Source of the DNA: Cetorhinus maximus
Lineage: Eukaryota
DNA length: 64,000 nt
Assembly (NCBI RefSeq): GCF_964194155.1
Contig: NC_135901.1
Location: 24,490,001 to 24,554,000, forward strand
Reading direction: 5' to 3'
Positions 1-11,292 of the stretch are shown here, piece after piece. A program made the position numbers and the translations under genes. Numbering within the stretch: the stretch's first letter is position 1; each line of letters opens with the position of its first letter. A model generated the notes under the pieces. That model ran no database searches, was not told where the DNA came from, and saw nothing but the letters and a program-made list of their open reading frames with translations.

Positions 1-517
1 CTGCAGCCTCTCTCTATTTCAATAATATTTTGCTTTTCTATTCTTCCTGCCAAAGTGGACATCCTCACATTTTACTACATTATACTCCATCTGCCAATTT
101 TTGCCTACTCTCTTAGCCTCTCTATATCCTTTTGCAGACTCTTTGCATTCTCCTCACAACTTGCTTTCCTACCTATCTTTGTATCATTAGAAAATTTAGC
201 TACAATACAATTGGCCCCTTCAGCCAAGTCATTTGTATAGATCCTAAATAGTTGAGGCGCCAACACTGATCCCTGTGGCACTCCACTGGTTGCAGATTGC
301 CAACTGGAAAATGGCCCATTTATCCCAACTCGATCTTTCCTGTTAGTTAGCCAATCCTCTATCCATGCTAATATATCACCCCCAACACCATGAACTCTTA
401 TCTTGTGCAGTAACCTTTAGTGTGACAATTCATTGAAGGCCTTTTGGAAATCCAAACACACTCCATCTACTGGTTCCCCTTTATCCACCCTGCTTATTAC
501 ATCCTCAAAGAACTCAA
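1..517 (-). mobile_element. CR1-type LINE, RT fragment
   Basis: Minus strand encodes decayed RT motifs (LDFQKAF; SGVPQGS-like; KFSNDTK for KFADDTK) like the other CR1 copies. Confidence 0.8.
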
Positions 518-750
518 GGCTCCTTGGTCATTTTGGAGGTGAGGATGAAGCAGACAGGGGAGAGGGAGGGCCCTTCAAAAGAAACTAACTTGAGTTAGAG
601 ATATTAACAAGATCCAACACACTGTGCATTCAACAAAAAGCTGATTTGACTTTTGTCCAGAATATTAATCACTGTAACTGGGCTGGACTTTATTATCAGA
701 AACAGACCCCAATGGACAAATGGATTAACAGCAAAGTCCAATCAGAGTAG

Positions 751-1345
751 TTACTTGTGAGCTCGCTGGTGTCTCAGCAGGGTGGATAAGTGAGAAAACC
801 CCTTCTTACATACGGAGCAGGTGAACGGCCTCTATCCAGTGTGAACTCGCTGGTGTGTTAGCAGGCGTAATGGCTGAGCGAATCCCTTTCCCCGGTCTGT
901 GCAGGTGAATGGCCTCTCTCCAGTGTGAATTCGTTGGTGTACAGTGAGGTCAGATAATTGCCTGAACCCAGTCCAGCAGTGAGAGCACCTGAACAGTCTC
1001 TCATCATGGTGAACACATTGATGGCGCATTAGTTCCCTAGAACTTGTATAGCACTTCCCGCAGTCTGGTATTTAAAAGGTCTCTTGTCAGTGTGAAGTCG
1101 CTGGTGAGCCAACAGGTTGCATGACAGAGTGAATCCCTTCCCACGCTTCAGCCAGATGATCAGCTGAAGCCTCGTCCACACACAGAACACATGTATGGTT
1201 CCTCCCAACTGTGAATGGTGTTTTCAACTTCCGTGTTCAAAATCTAATGATATTCAGTTTATAATAAATTGGGTGACTGCATTAGATCCTCATGTGATGT
1301 TGAGTTTGAGTTTCGCAACTGCAAGTTCTCCCCTTCTAATATCCT
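751..1345 (-). pseudogene. C2H2 ZNF pseudogene (about 5 fingers, deletion, stops)
   Basis: HTGERPFTC linkers in ORF 832-1029; ends ...HK-TAA at 753-751; acceptor TTTTACAG near 1344; in-frame TAG and lost Cys residues. Confidence 0.9.
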
Positions 1346-1507
1346 GTAAAAATGATTTAAAACAGAAAAGGGGAGTAAGAGAGAACCCATTAAAACACAA
1401 AGGCAGATTGTGAAATTGGGCCGAATGAATCTGGTAATTTGTGGGCTGGCACTTGGGAAAAGTGACCATGAAAACTGCTTGATTGTTGTGAAACTCCAAC
1501 TAGTTCA

Positions 1508-2362
1508 GGTTGGACAGGTTAGGAGAATGGGCAAAGAAGTGGCAGATGGAATACAACATGGGGAAGTGTGAGGTCATGCACTTTGGTAGGAAGAATAGAG
1601 GCATGGACTATTTTCTAAATGGGGAGAGAATTCAGAAATCTGGAGTGCAAAGGGACTTGGGAGTCCTAGCCCAGGATTCTCTTAAGGTTAACTTGCAGGT
1701 TGAGTCGGTAGTTAGGAAGGCAAATGCAATGTTGGCATTTATTTCGAGAGGACTAGAATATAAAAGCAAGGTTGTGCTGCTGAGGCTATATAAGGCTCTG
1801 GTCAGACCACATTTAGAATATTGTGAGCAATTTTGGGCCCCGTATCTCAGGAAGGATGTGCTGGCCCTGGAGAGGGTCCAGAGGAGGCTCATGAGAACGA
1901 TCCCAGGAATGAAAGGCTTAACATATGAGGAACAGTTAAGGACTCTGGGTCTTTTCTCGATGGAGTTTAGAAGGATATGGGGGGATCTGATTGAAACTTA
2001 CAGAATACTGAAAGACCTAGATAGAGTGGACGTGGGGAAGATGTTTCCATGAGTAGGAGAGACTAGGACCCGAGGACACAGCCTCAGAGTAAAGGGAAGA
2101 CCTTTTAGAACAGAGATGAGGAGAAACTTTTTTAGCCAGAGAGTGGTGAATCTATGGAATTCATTGCCACAGAAGGCTGTGGAGGCCAGGTCATTGAGTG
2201 TATTTAAGACCGAGATAGATAGGTTCTTGATTGGTAAGGGGATCAAAGGTTATGGGGAGAAGGCGGGAGAATGGGGTTGAGAAACTTATCAGCCATGATT
2301 GAATGGTGGAGCAGACTCGATGGGCCGAATGGCCTAATTTCTGCTCCTATGTCTTATGGACT
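1508..2362 (+). mobile_element. 5'-truncated CR1 LINE 3' end
   Basis: ORF 1510-2052 is a CR1 RT C-terminus (KCEVMHFG, LYKALVRPHLEYC); typical tail GATGGGCCGAATGGCCT; splits an older SINE. Confidence 0.95.
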
Positions 2363-2504
2363 TATGGTTCACTAATGTCCTTCAGGGAAGGGAACCTACC
2401 ATCGAGTTACCCTACACAAGACTCTATGGGAAGATTGAGAGAAAGGGAGAGAGGGAATGGTGAAGGAGAGGGATTTTGTATTTCTACAACTAAGCCAGAA
2501 GTTT

Positions 2505-2680
2505 CGCACAGTTACCACATTTATAGTTTCTCCCCAGTGTGACTGCGCTTGTGGCTCGACAAGCTAGATGATTGGCGGAATTCTCATCCACAGAAAGCAC
2601 ATATGTACAACTTCTCCCTGTTGTAAACGCTGCTTTTTCCTTCCATGTTCAAAATTATATGATATTCAGATTAGGATAAT
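2505..2680 (-). pseudogene. ZNF 5' remnant (MEGKS-type start plus 1 finger)
   Basis: Minus TTGAACATGGAAGGAAAAAGC...CACACTGGGGAGAAA, homologous to the start of the 39170 gene. Confidence 0.8.
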
Positions 2681-2834
2681 CTGCCAGTCAATCTGAACCT
2701 ACACAAGGCCCTGGCCTCGATAGGGGTAGGGAGACAGCGAGAGGGGGAGATTTTATGTATCATCAACCTGATCAGAACTTTGACAAAACCTTCAACCTCC
2801 ACCACCCAAAAGTAAATCCTCTCCTTCTAACCCC

Positions 2835-3270
2835 CTGTAAAAGGAGTTTCCAAAATCCATCCCTATCAGTCCAGGATAGAAATTCACAACATTCTCTCCT
2901 CCTGCTGACGGGGATGACTGCGCATGCGCCCCGCTGAACATTGGCCCCTATAAAGATGGCGGCCGTTAACGCGCACCTGTCATCAGGTTCAGCCCCGCAT
3001 GGACTAAATGCGGGATTGGTAGATTCTTAATTTTGTTCCAGGCATCCACTGGGTGTTTATGAGGCCTTCCCGCCCATTCCGCCCCCTCCATTACCCACCT
3101 ATAATCAGCCGTTGTTCACCGGTTGCGGAGTCAAGACGACCGCCTTACTGTCGCTCCAGCACGCAGAGTGCGCACGCACCATTCACAACCCACCACTGCG
3201 CCTGCGCCATGGTTTCCTCTAGTGAGGACAGGGCACATTCTGTATCGTCATGGATGCTGGGTAAGATCCG
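2835..3270 (-). promoter_or_regulatory. ZNF promoter/first-intron cassette 1
   Basis: CpG-rich; ZNF143-like site 3252-3264; NRF1 TGCGCATGCGC 2919-2929; YY1 AAGATGGCGGCC 2953-2964; putative donor 3119 and acceptor 2835. Confidence 0.75.
2859..2915 (-). ncRNA. Conserved intronic hairpin copy A (candidate structured RNA/pre-miRNA)
   Basis: ATCCCCGTCAGCAGGAGGAGAGAATGTTGTGAATTTCTATCCTGGACTGATAGGGAT; self-complementary ends; 4 near-identical copies in the window. Confidence 0.5.
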
Positions 3271-3379
3271 CACCATTAAAACACGACATTGTTGAATAAA
3301 AAATTATGATTTGTGATCGGACTACGATGGAGCCATGGGGCCAAGATATAAAGCTATTAAATTAATTGATACAGCAAAC

Positions 3380-3800
3380 AAAGTGGCCCTCCATCATAAT
3401 TCTGTCCTGGGTATAATTAACAACAGAACAAACCACTACAATTAAGTGTGAACTCACTGGAGTCTCAGCAGCTGGTGGGTGAGCAAGTAATTTTTCTTCC
3501 CCATTCACGGAACATTTAAACCATGTCTTGCCTGTAAGAGACAAGTGGATAAAATCCCTTGAACTTTTAAAGTTGTGGTGTGAACAGTTGGGCAAACTGA
3601 ATAAATCCCATTGCACAAGTGTTGTATCTGAATGGTCTCTCTCCGGAGTGACTGTGCTGCTGTGTCAGTAAATGGAATAACTGAATGAATCCATTTCCAC
3701 ATTCAGCTAGTGAACAATCCATTCATGGGTGTGAATTGACCCATCAGTTTCCAGCTCAGACAAGGATCTCAAACCCTTCCGGTGATGAATTCCAGATTCT
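3380..3800 (-). pseudogene. Highly decayed ZNF 3' remnant upstream of cassette 1
   Basis: Residual finger sequence (CACAGTCACTCCGGAGAGAGACCATTC; CTGCTGAGACTCCAGTGAGTTCACAC). Confidence 0.75.
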
Positions 3801-5094
3801 CAACATGCTCCCAGTAAAAAAATACTGTCGATGCTGTAAATCGGAAATAAAAACAGACAATTCTGAAATTTCAAGCAGACCTGATAACACCTGCAGAGGA
3901 GAAATGTAATTTACATTTCAGGTCTGCAACCTTTCAATGAAATGTTAATCATGTTTCCCAATCCACAAATGCCGCCAGACATGGTGAGGATTAGAAGCGT
4001 TTTCTGTTTTTATCTCCTGTTGAAGAAGTTTCTCCAGAATTGCACATTAGTTTATTGATGATGAACTTATATTTATTCTCATCCATCTGCAACTGGAAAC
4101 ATATTCCACTTGTCTGCCTTGTCAATCCCTTTTATAATCTTAAAAACTCGATCAGGTCATCTGTCACTCTCTTTACCAGGGAGAACATCTCTAGCTTGTT
4201 CAATCTTTCTTGATAGATATAACCTTGCAGTTTTGGCATTATTCCAGTGCATTCCAGTGCAGATGCAACAACCACCCTTTCACCTCCTCAGTTCCCACGT
4301 TCTAGGACCCCAAATACACTTTCCAAGTGATAAAGCAAATTACTTGCACTTCTTTCAATTTAGGATTGTGTATTCACTGCTTATGATGTGATCCCCTCCA
4401 CACTAAGGTGACTAAATCAAGATTGGGCAACTGCTTTGTGGAACATAACCATTAAGTGTTCAAATATATTCCTGAGCATCTGGTCATTTGCTATTTTAAT
4501 TCTCTACCCCACGCCTGGTCTGACCTCTCAGTCCTCAGCCTCCTGTACTGATCATAATCATCACTCCCATTTTTTCAGAAGGTAGGTGCTGGTAATGATT
4601 CTGCTATTACTATTTATGCCTATTCTGGACTTGTCTTTTATTTGTTCACTTGTCCCATTAGTTTATTGTCTCATCACATAATTTTATCTTGGATTATCCC
4701 CCCTTTATCATTTAATAACTCCTGCCTTCCATCAACAATGTTCATTCCTCCTCTTTACCTCTTATCCTTGACTCTGTACTTGTTTGTGAACTATTACATC
4801 TCTAAATTCTTCAACTTTCGATAAAGGTTCACTCACCTTAAGCATTGATGCTGTTGTCCTCTCCACAGAGGCCGTTTGACCCGCTGAGTGTTTCCAACAA
4901 TATCTTTTGAGTTCAAATTTGCAGCCTCTGCAGTATTTTATTTTTGGGTCACTGTGGATCAGTTTTCTCTCACTTAACGTGACCTGTTTAAGAAGTTAAA
5001 GTAGGATCCATTAAAGAATGAGGCAACAGTTATTGTCACGCTGTTCAAAAACAAATTGAACAAAATGTTAATTGATCATTTTTTTATATAGGTT

Positions 5095-5445
5095 GATGGG
5101 ATGTGGGGGTCACTGTCAAGACCAGCAGTTATGACCAAAGTTTAATTTCCATTGAACTTAGTGGCTTGATCAACTATTTTAGAAGGCAGTTAAAAGTCAA
5201 CCACATCACCGTGGGCCGGGAGTCACAAGTAGGCCAGACCAGGTAAGGACAGCAGATTTCCTCCTCTAAAGGAAATTCGAGAACCAGGTGGGTTTTTATG
5301 ACAATCGATGATAGCTTCATGGTCACCATTACTGAGACTAGTCTTCAATTTCAGACTTATTGATGAATTGAATTTAAATTTCACCCACTGCCATGGTGGG
5401 ATTTGAACCTGTGTCCGCACTTCTGGATTATTAGTCCAGTGACCT
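5095..5445 (-). mobile_element. tRNA-derived SINE (family recurring at ~35205, 50180, 51395, 56260, 61460)
   Basis: Shared core GGAAATCTGC...CCTTACCTGGTCTGGCCT...GTGACTCC and B-box-like GGTTCAAATCC. Confidence 0.75.
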
Positions 5446-6266
5446 GATCATCTGCTCTTAGCAATTGAAACACAAAGTTTCCACGTTGGCTCAAAGCAGG
5501 AATTTCACATGTAAAGCAAACATTCTGCCCACTGCACTATGGAAATTAGTGTCAAACATCCGCAACCAAGGGGAGCTGACCATACATCTCTCAGTCCAAT
5601 TCACAAAAAGGAAATGTTGGGAATACTGAGCGGGTCAGACTGAGTCTGTGGAGAGAGAAACAGTTAATGGTTCAAGACACTGAACTTCCATCAGAACTGG
5701 AAAAAAAGACACACAATAGATTTTTTAAACAAATGCACAGTCAGAGAAAGGGGGAGGGGTAAATAACTGAAGAGAAGGTTTGTGATCAGTTGTAAGGCAG
5801 GAGAGATTAAATAACAAAAGGATGATGATGCAAGGCAAAAGTGAGAGTAATGGAACTAGTGAAGAAACTAAAGGTGGGACAGCCATTCTGTATCTGTCAT
5901 CTATTTCTACTCTGGTTGGAAATGTGTTCCTTCTTTGTTGATCCATTTCACTTCTTTCATACACTGAAAACTCTCAATCTTTCTCCACCGTTACCTTTTA
6001 CAAACATTTCATTGAACAAACACACACAGTCAGACAAGAAAACAATCACCATTTTGAAGCACTGAAACAATGAAAGCATAGAAATATTTTCATAACCATC
6101 TTGTTCATGCTTCATATCAATATTTTAGAGGTAATTTTTACTTTGGGAAAGATTAAAATTGTTAGGGTAAGGTTATTAAAATTCTGGACTTTAGAAATTG
6201 CCAGGACACTTCAAGAAATGGCAGTTCAAAGGCTGGTCCGTGTTTGTTCAATATGATCAGAATAGA

Positions 6267-6297
<31 letters not shown>

Positions 6298-6589
6298 TCT
6301 ATAAAATGACAGGGGAGCTCGTTTAGCCAGAAATCTGGAGACAGAGTGTGTGTGAGCTGTATGGTCCTGTCTTTGTTAAAGAGGTGAATTATTTAAGCAG
6401 ACTTCAGGGTTAAGAGGTTTGGTTAATTAATGTAAATATCTATTGGTACATGGGCTCTTTTTAAAAATGTCATCATACATTGTACATTAGGTCACACGTA
6501 CAAACTTGTCCCTTGCACTTCCTGTGAAGTGGAGGGCAGTTTTCACTGGCAGTTTCAGTGGATTGAAGAACAGAGTGATGCACACAGTA

Positions 6590-6725
6590 CGGTTCTGATG
6601 AACGGTCACAGACCTGAAATGTAAACTATGTTTCCTTCTCCACAATACGCAAGCAGATCTGCTGAAAATTCCAGCATTTTCTGCTTTATTTCTGATTTCC
6701 AACATCTGCACTATTTTGTTTTTCC
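6590..6725 (+). mobile_element. Penelope pLTR fragment with hammerhead core
   Basis: CTGATGA-ACGGTC-ACA-GACCT-GAAATGTA at 6595-6623, followed by the recurrent pLTR tail. Confidence 0.7.
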
Positions 6726-6764
6726 TTAACTGGAGAGGGCTGAGTATGTGGAACTCATTGCAGG

Positions 6765-8023
6765 AAGGCAGAAAATGCTGGAAAAACTCAGCAGGTCCGG
6801 CAGCATCTGTGGGGAGAGAAACAGAGTCAACGTTTCGAGTCTGTATGACCCTTCTTCAGAGCTGAAGAAAAGTGGTAATGTAATTAAATTTACACTGTTA
6901 AAGGGGGTGGGGCAGGTGGAGCTGGATAGAAGGCCAGTGATAGGTGGGGACAAAGGAAGGATTGACAAAGATGTCATGAACTAAAGGACAAAGGGAGTTA
7001 GTGCTAAAAAAAAAAAGTTGCTGATAGTGGCATAAAGATAAGAAAGCAGAATGTGATAATAGCAGAACAAGGGTAGCATTGTGTGAAAGAACAACATGGA
7101 ACAAGTAAAAGATGGCCCTGTAGGGGATGGGGTTTGGGGAGGGGGTAGAGTGTGGTGGGGTGGGAAAAAAGGATAGAAAATGGGGTAGAAGGGGGACATA
7201 AAAAAGGGGATAATGGATAAATGAATAAAAATGAAAACAAAAACGTGGGAAAAAAACTGAATGTAGAAAAAAGGGGATTAGAAAAAAGGGGTGAGAATGG
7301 AGGAGAGAGTTCACAGTCTGAAGTTGTTGAACTCAATGTTAAGTTCAGAAGGCTGTAAAGTGCCTAATCAGAAGATGAGGTGTTGTTCCTCCAGTTTGCG
7401 TTAGACTTCACGGGAACAGTGCAGCAGGCCAAGGATGGAGATGTGGGAATGAGAACAGGATGGGGTGTTGAAATGGCGAGTGACTGGAAGGTCTGGTTCA
7501 TGCTTGAGGACAGACCAGGGGTGCTCTGCAAAGCAATCACCCAACCTGCGTTTGGTCTCCCTGGTGTAGAAGAGACCACATTGGGAACAGCGGATATAGT
7601 AGGCCAAATTGAAGGAGGTGCAAGTGAAGCAGTGTTTCACTTAAAAGGAGTGTTTGGGCCCTTGGACAGTGAGTAGGGAGGAGGTAAAGGGGCAGCTGTT
7701 GCGCCTTCTGCAATTGCATAGGAAGGTGCCATGGGAAGGGAATGAGGTGTTGGGGATGATGGAGGAGTGGACCAGGATGTTCTGGAGGGAACGGTCCCTA
7801 TGGAATGCTGACGGGGGTGGGGGGAGGGCTCCATCTACCCCACTCCCTTTAACAGTATAAATTTCATCACATTTCCACTTCTTGTCAGTTCTGAAGAAGT
7901 GTCATATGGGCTCAAAAAGTTAACTCTGTTTCTTTCTCCACAGATGCTGCTAGATCTGCTGAGTTTTCCCAGCATTTTTTGTTTTTGTTTCAGATTTACA
8001 GCATCTGCAGTATTTTGCTTTTA
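6765..8023 (-). mobile_element. Penelope-like element 3' part (GIY-YIG endonuclease) with inverted pLTR ends
   Basis: ORF 7401-7640 FTCTSFNLAYYIRCSQCGLFYTRETKRRLGDCFAEH is a PLE GIY-YIG; pLTR copies in opposite orientation at 6765-6865 and 7886-8023. Confidence 0.9.
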
Positions 8024-8094
8024 TCATTTCAGGAAGGGTTTGAGATTCCTATCTAAGAGTAAAGTGATGGGTAAGATCACAGCATGAAAATATC

Positions 8095-8420
8095 ATCACC
8101 AGCTGAAGGTGGGAAGGGATTCAGTTGGTCATCCCGTTTACCGACACAGCAGCACAGTCACAGTGCAGAGAGACCTTTCACACATTTCCCGAATGAGAAA
8201 GGAATTATTTAGTTTTCTCACCTCACAATCCACCAACTTTGAAAGTTCAAATGATTTGATTCACAATCAGTGCATTCTGACTAGCAAGAGGCAGCTTAAG
8301 TGTTTTGTGTCTTGGGAAAACTCCACGCACTTACAGTCCAGTGAGTTTTCATCTAACTGTTAAAATATTAATTTCTATTAATTACACCCAGGATAGAAAT
8401 ATGGTGGAGGACCCGTGCAC
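8095..8420 (+). pseudogene. Decayed ZNF 3' remnant upstream of cassette 2
   Basis: GTGGGAAGGGATTCAG...CAGCACAGTCACAGTGCAGAGAGACCTTTCAC; inverted homolog of 3380-3800. Confidence 0.75.
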
Positions 8421-8524
8421 TTTGGTTGCCGTATCAATTGATTTAATATTATATTTTGGCCCTGTGACTCCACTCGATCACAAAACATAATTTTCTATTC
8501 AACAATATTATGCTTCAATGACCG

Positions 8525-9012
8525 GAGTCTTACCCAGCATTCGCGGCGGGGCAGAACGTGCCCTATCCTCGCTGCAGGAGCTTATTGCGCAGGCGCAATA
8601 CCGGGTGTGACTCGAACATGCGCTTTGCGGGCGCTGAGTAGAGCATGCGCAGTCGAGGCCGCACCAGGAACTGGTCGAAGCTGATCACAAATATCGAGTC
8701 CAGGCGAGTAAATGAAGCCGGTGGATGGGGAGGATTAAAGACGGCAGAGTGGGTGGGGAGGTTTATAAATACCCACTGGCTGCCTCAACGTCGGAATAAG
8801 GAGCTAGATATCGCGAGGTGGCAGCGAACGGGGAGGTAGCTGCGGGCCGCGGTTCTCAGTCACAGGCCGCAGTTAACGGCCGCCATCTTTACAGGGGCAA
8901 AGCGCAACAGAGCGCATGCGCGGTCATCACTGTCCCTGTCAGCAGGAGGAGAGAATGTTGGGCATTTCTATCCTGGACTGACAGGGATGGATTTTGGAAA
9001 CTCCTTTTACAG
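8525..9012 (+). promoter_or_regulatory. ZNF promoter/first-intron cassette 2
   Basis: ZNF143-like TTACCCAGCATTCGCGGCG 8530-8548; NRF1-like sites near 8587, 8643 and 8912; YY1 (reverse) 8878-8889; acceptor CCTTTTACAG ending 9012. Confidence 0.75.
8932..8988 (+). ncRNA. Conserved intronic hairpin copy B
   Basis: GTCCCTGTCAG...CTGACAGGGAT 11-bp stem, CAGGA/TCCTG, GAATG/CATTT; loop TTGGG. Confidence 0.5.
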
Positions 9013-9547
9013 CGGATTAGAAAGGGAGGATTTACACACAGCAAACTCAAACTCCTCTGACATAGGTCTTTAAAATTCTGATTGGGTTGGACAGATAGAT
9101 GTGGACAGAATGTTTACACTTCTTATTAGTAATAAATCCAAGAGGAAAACGGGAGATATTTCTGTCCTCAGACAGTTGTTAGAATGTGGAACTCGCTACT
9201 ACAGGAAGTGGTTGAGACAAATCCCTTAGATGCTTTCGAAAGTAAACTAGATGAGAACAAGAGAAGAAAGGGATTAGAAAGATAAACTGAAAGGCTGAGA
9301 TGAGGTCGGCAGAATGGGAGGAGACGCCTGTGAAGTAGAAACTCCAAGACAGACTAGATAGACCGATTAGCCTGTTTATGTAATGTATGTTATATGTAAT
9401 TCTTTGTAACCTTATTTTACAGGAAAAAGAAGAGGAAGATTTGTAGTCAGGAAAAGTAAACCAAACGTTACACCAAAATCTGACAGTCTCTCATTTCATC
9501 TGGATCTGAAGATTTGTATGTCTGAAGGATTTAATTGACTGTCTCAG

Positions 9548-11292
9548 GTGGAAACCGGTGAGAGGCTGTTCACCTGCTCCTCCTGTGTGAAGGGATTGAT
9601 ACAGCTGGTTAACATGCTGACACGACAGCGAGTTCACAACAGTGAGAGGCTGTTCACCTGCTCCATGTGTGGGAAGAAATTCATGTGTTCATCCAACCTA
9701 CTGGCACACCAGCTCAATCACTTTGATGAGGAGCCTCTTCAATGCTCTGACCCTGCGAAAAGCCTTGAAACCTCTGAGGAATTGGTCCAACACCAGCGCG
9801 TTCACACTGAAGAGAGACCTTTCAGCTGCTCCCACTGCGGGAAGAGGTTCAGGCTGTCCTCCCGCCTCGCGGAGCACCAGCTCCTTCACACTCACGAGAG
9901 GCTGTTCAGCTGCGCTCACTGTGGGGAGTCGTTCAGCGAGTCAGTGCATCTCACCGAGCACCAGCAAGTTCACACCAAGGACAGGCTGTTCAGCTGCTCC
10001 CAGTGTGGGAAGAGATTCGCTCAGTCCTCCCATTACACTGAGCACCAGCTTGTTCACTCCAATAAGAGACATTTTAAATGCTCAGAGTGTGAGAAGACCT
10101 TTAAAAGACACAGTGAACTGCTGAGACACCAGCACACTCACACCAACGACAGGCCATTCACTTGCTCTGTGTGTGGGGAGAGCTTCACCCATTCAGTCCA
10201 ACTTCTGAAGCACGAGGGTGTTCACAATGGGGAGAGACCCTTCATCTGCTCCGTGTGTGGGAATGGATTCACTCGGTCATCCAACCTCCTGGCACACCAA
10301 CGGGTTCACACCGGGGAGAGGCCATTCACCTGCTCTGACTGTGGGAAGACATTTACTCGATCATTCCACCTTCTGACACACCAGCGAATTCACACAGTGG
10401 AGAGACCGTTCACCTGCTCTGAGTGTGGGCAGGGATTCACATGGTTATCCCACCTGGTGAGACACCAGCGAGGTCACACTGGGGAGAGGCCGTTCATCTA
10501 TTCCACGTATGACAAGAGAGTTCCTGAATCAACCCAATTCACTGAACACCAACATGTTCACTCTAATAAGAGAACTTTTAATGTTCTGAATGTGAGAAGA
10601 CCTTTACAAGAAGCAATGACCTGCTGAGACACCAGCGTATTCACACTGGGGAGAGGCCATTCCTCTGCTCCGAGTGTGGGAAAACATTTATGCATTCATC
10701 TGATCTGGTGAAACACCAGTGCACTCACTCTGGGGAGAGGCCATTCACCTGCTCTGAGTGTGGGAAGGGATTCACTCTGTTAGCCAACCTGCTGAGACAC
10801 CGGCGAATTCACAGTGGGGTTAGGACGTTCCTCTGCTCTGAGTGTGGGAAGAGATTCACTCAGTCATCCCACCTGCTGAGACACCAGCGCATTCATACTG
10901 AGGAGAGACCTTTTAAATGCTCTGACTGCGGGAAGTGCTATAAAACGTCAGGAGAACTGATGTACCATCAACGCGTTCACACTGAGAAAAGACCGTTCAG
11001 GTGCCCTCACTGCAGGACTGGGTTCAGGAAATCATCTCAACTCACTTTACACCAGCGAATTCACACTGGGGAGAGGCCGTTCACCTGCTCTGATTGTGGG
11101 AAGGGATTTGCTCACTCAGGCACCCTCCTGACACACCAGCAAATTCACACTGGGGAGAGGCCGTTTACCTGCTCCGAGTGTGGGAAGGGATTTACTTGTT
11201 CACACCACCTACTGAGACACCAGCGAGTTCACAGGTCACTGGCAAAGTTGGATTTTCTTGATTTTGCTGCTGAGAATTACGTCCAGGACTGA
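9548..11292 (+). pseudogene. Long C2H2 ZNF array (~20 units) split by a 1-bp frameshift near 10580
   Basis: ORFs 9548-10627 and 10690-11292 form one array; AGAACTTTTAATGT lacks one base versus the usual AGACCTTTTAAATGT. Could be an assembly error or a truncated functional protein. Confidence 0.85.

Noticed and set aside
8932-8988. Hairpin as a C/D-box snoRNA (CTGA next to a terminal stem)
   Set aside because: No proper box C (only AGGAGGA, misplaced), too short, and too close to the 3' splice site.
9642-10124. Alternative-frame and antisense ORFs over ZNF arrays (also 27592-27996, 38287-38706)
   Set aside because: Expected shadows of the 84-bp finger repeat.
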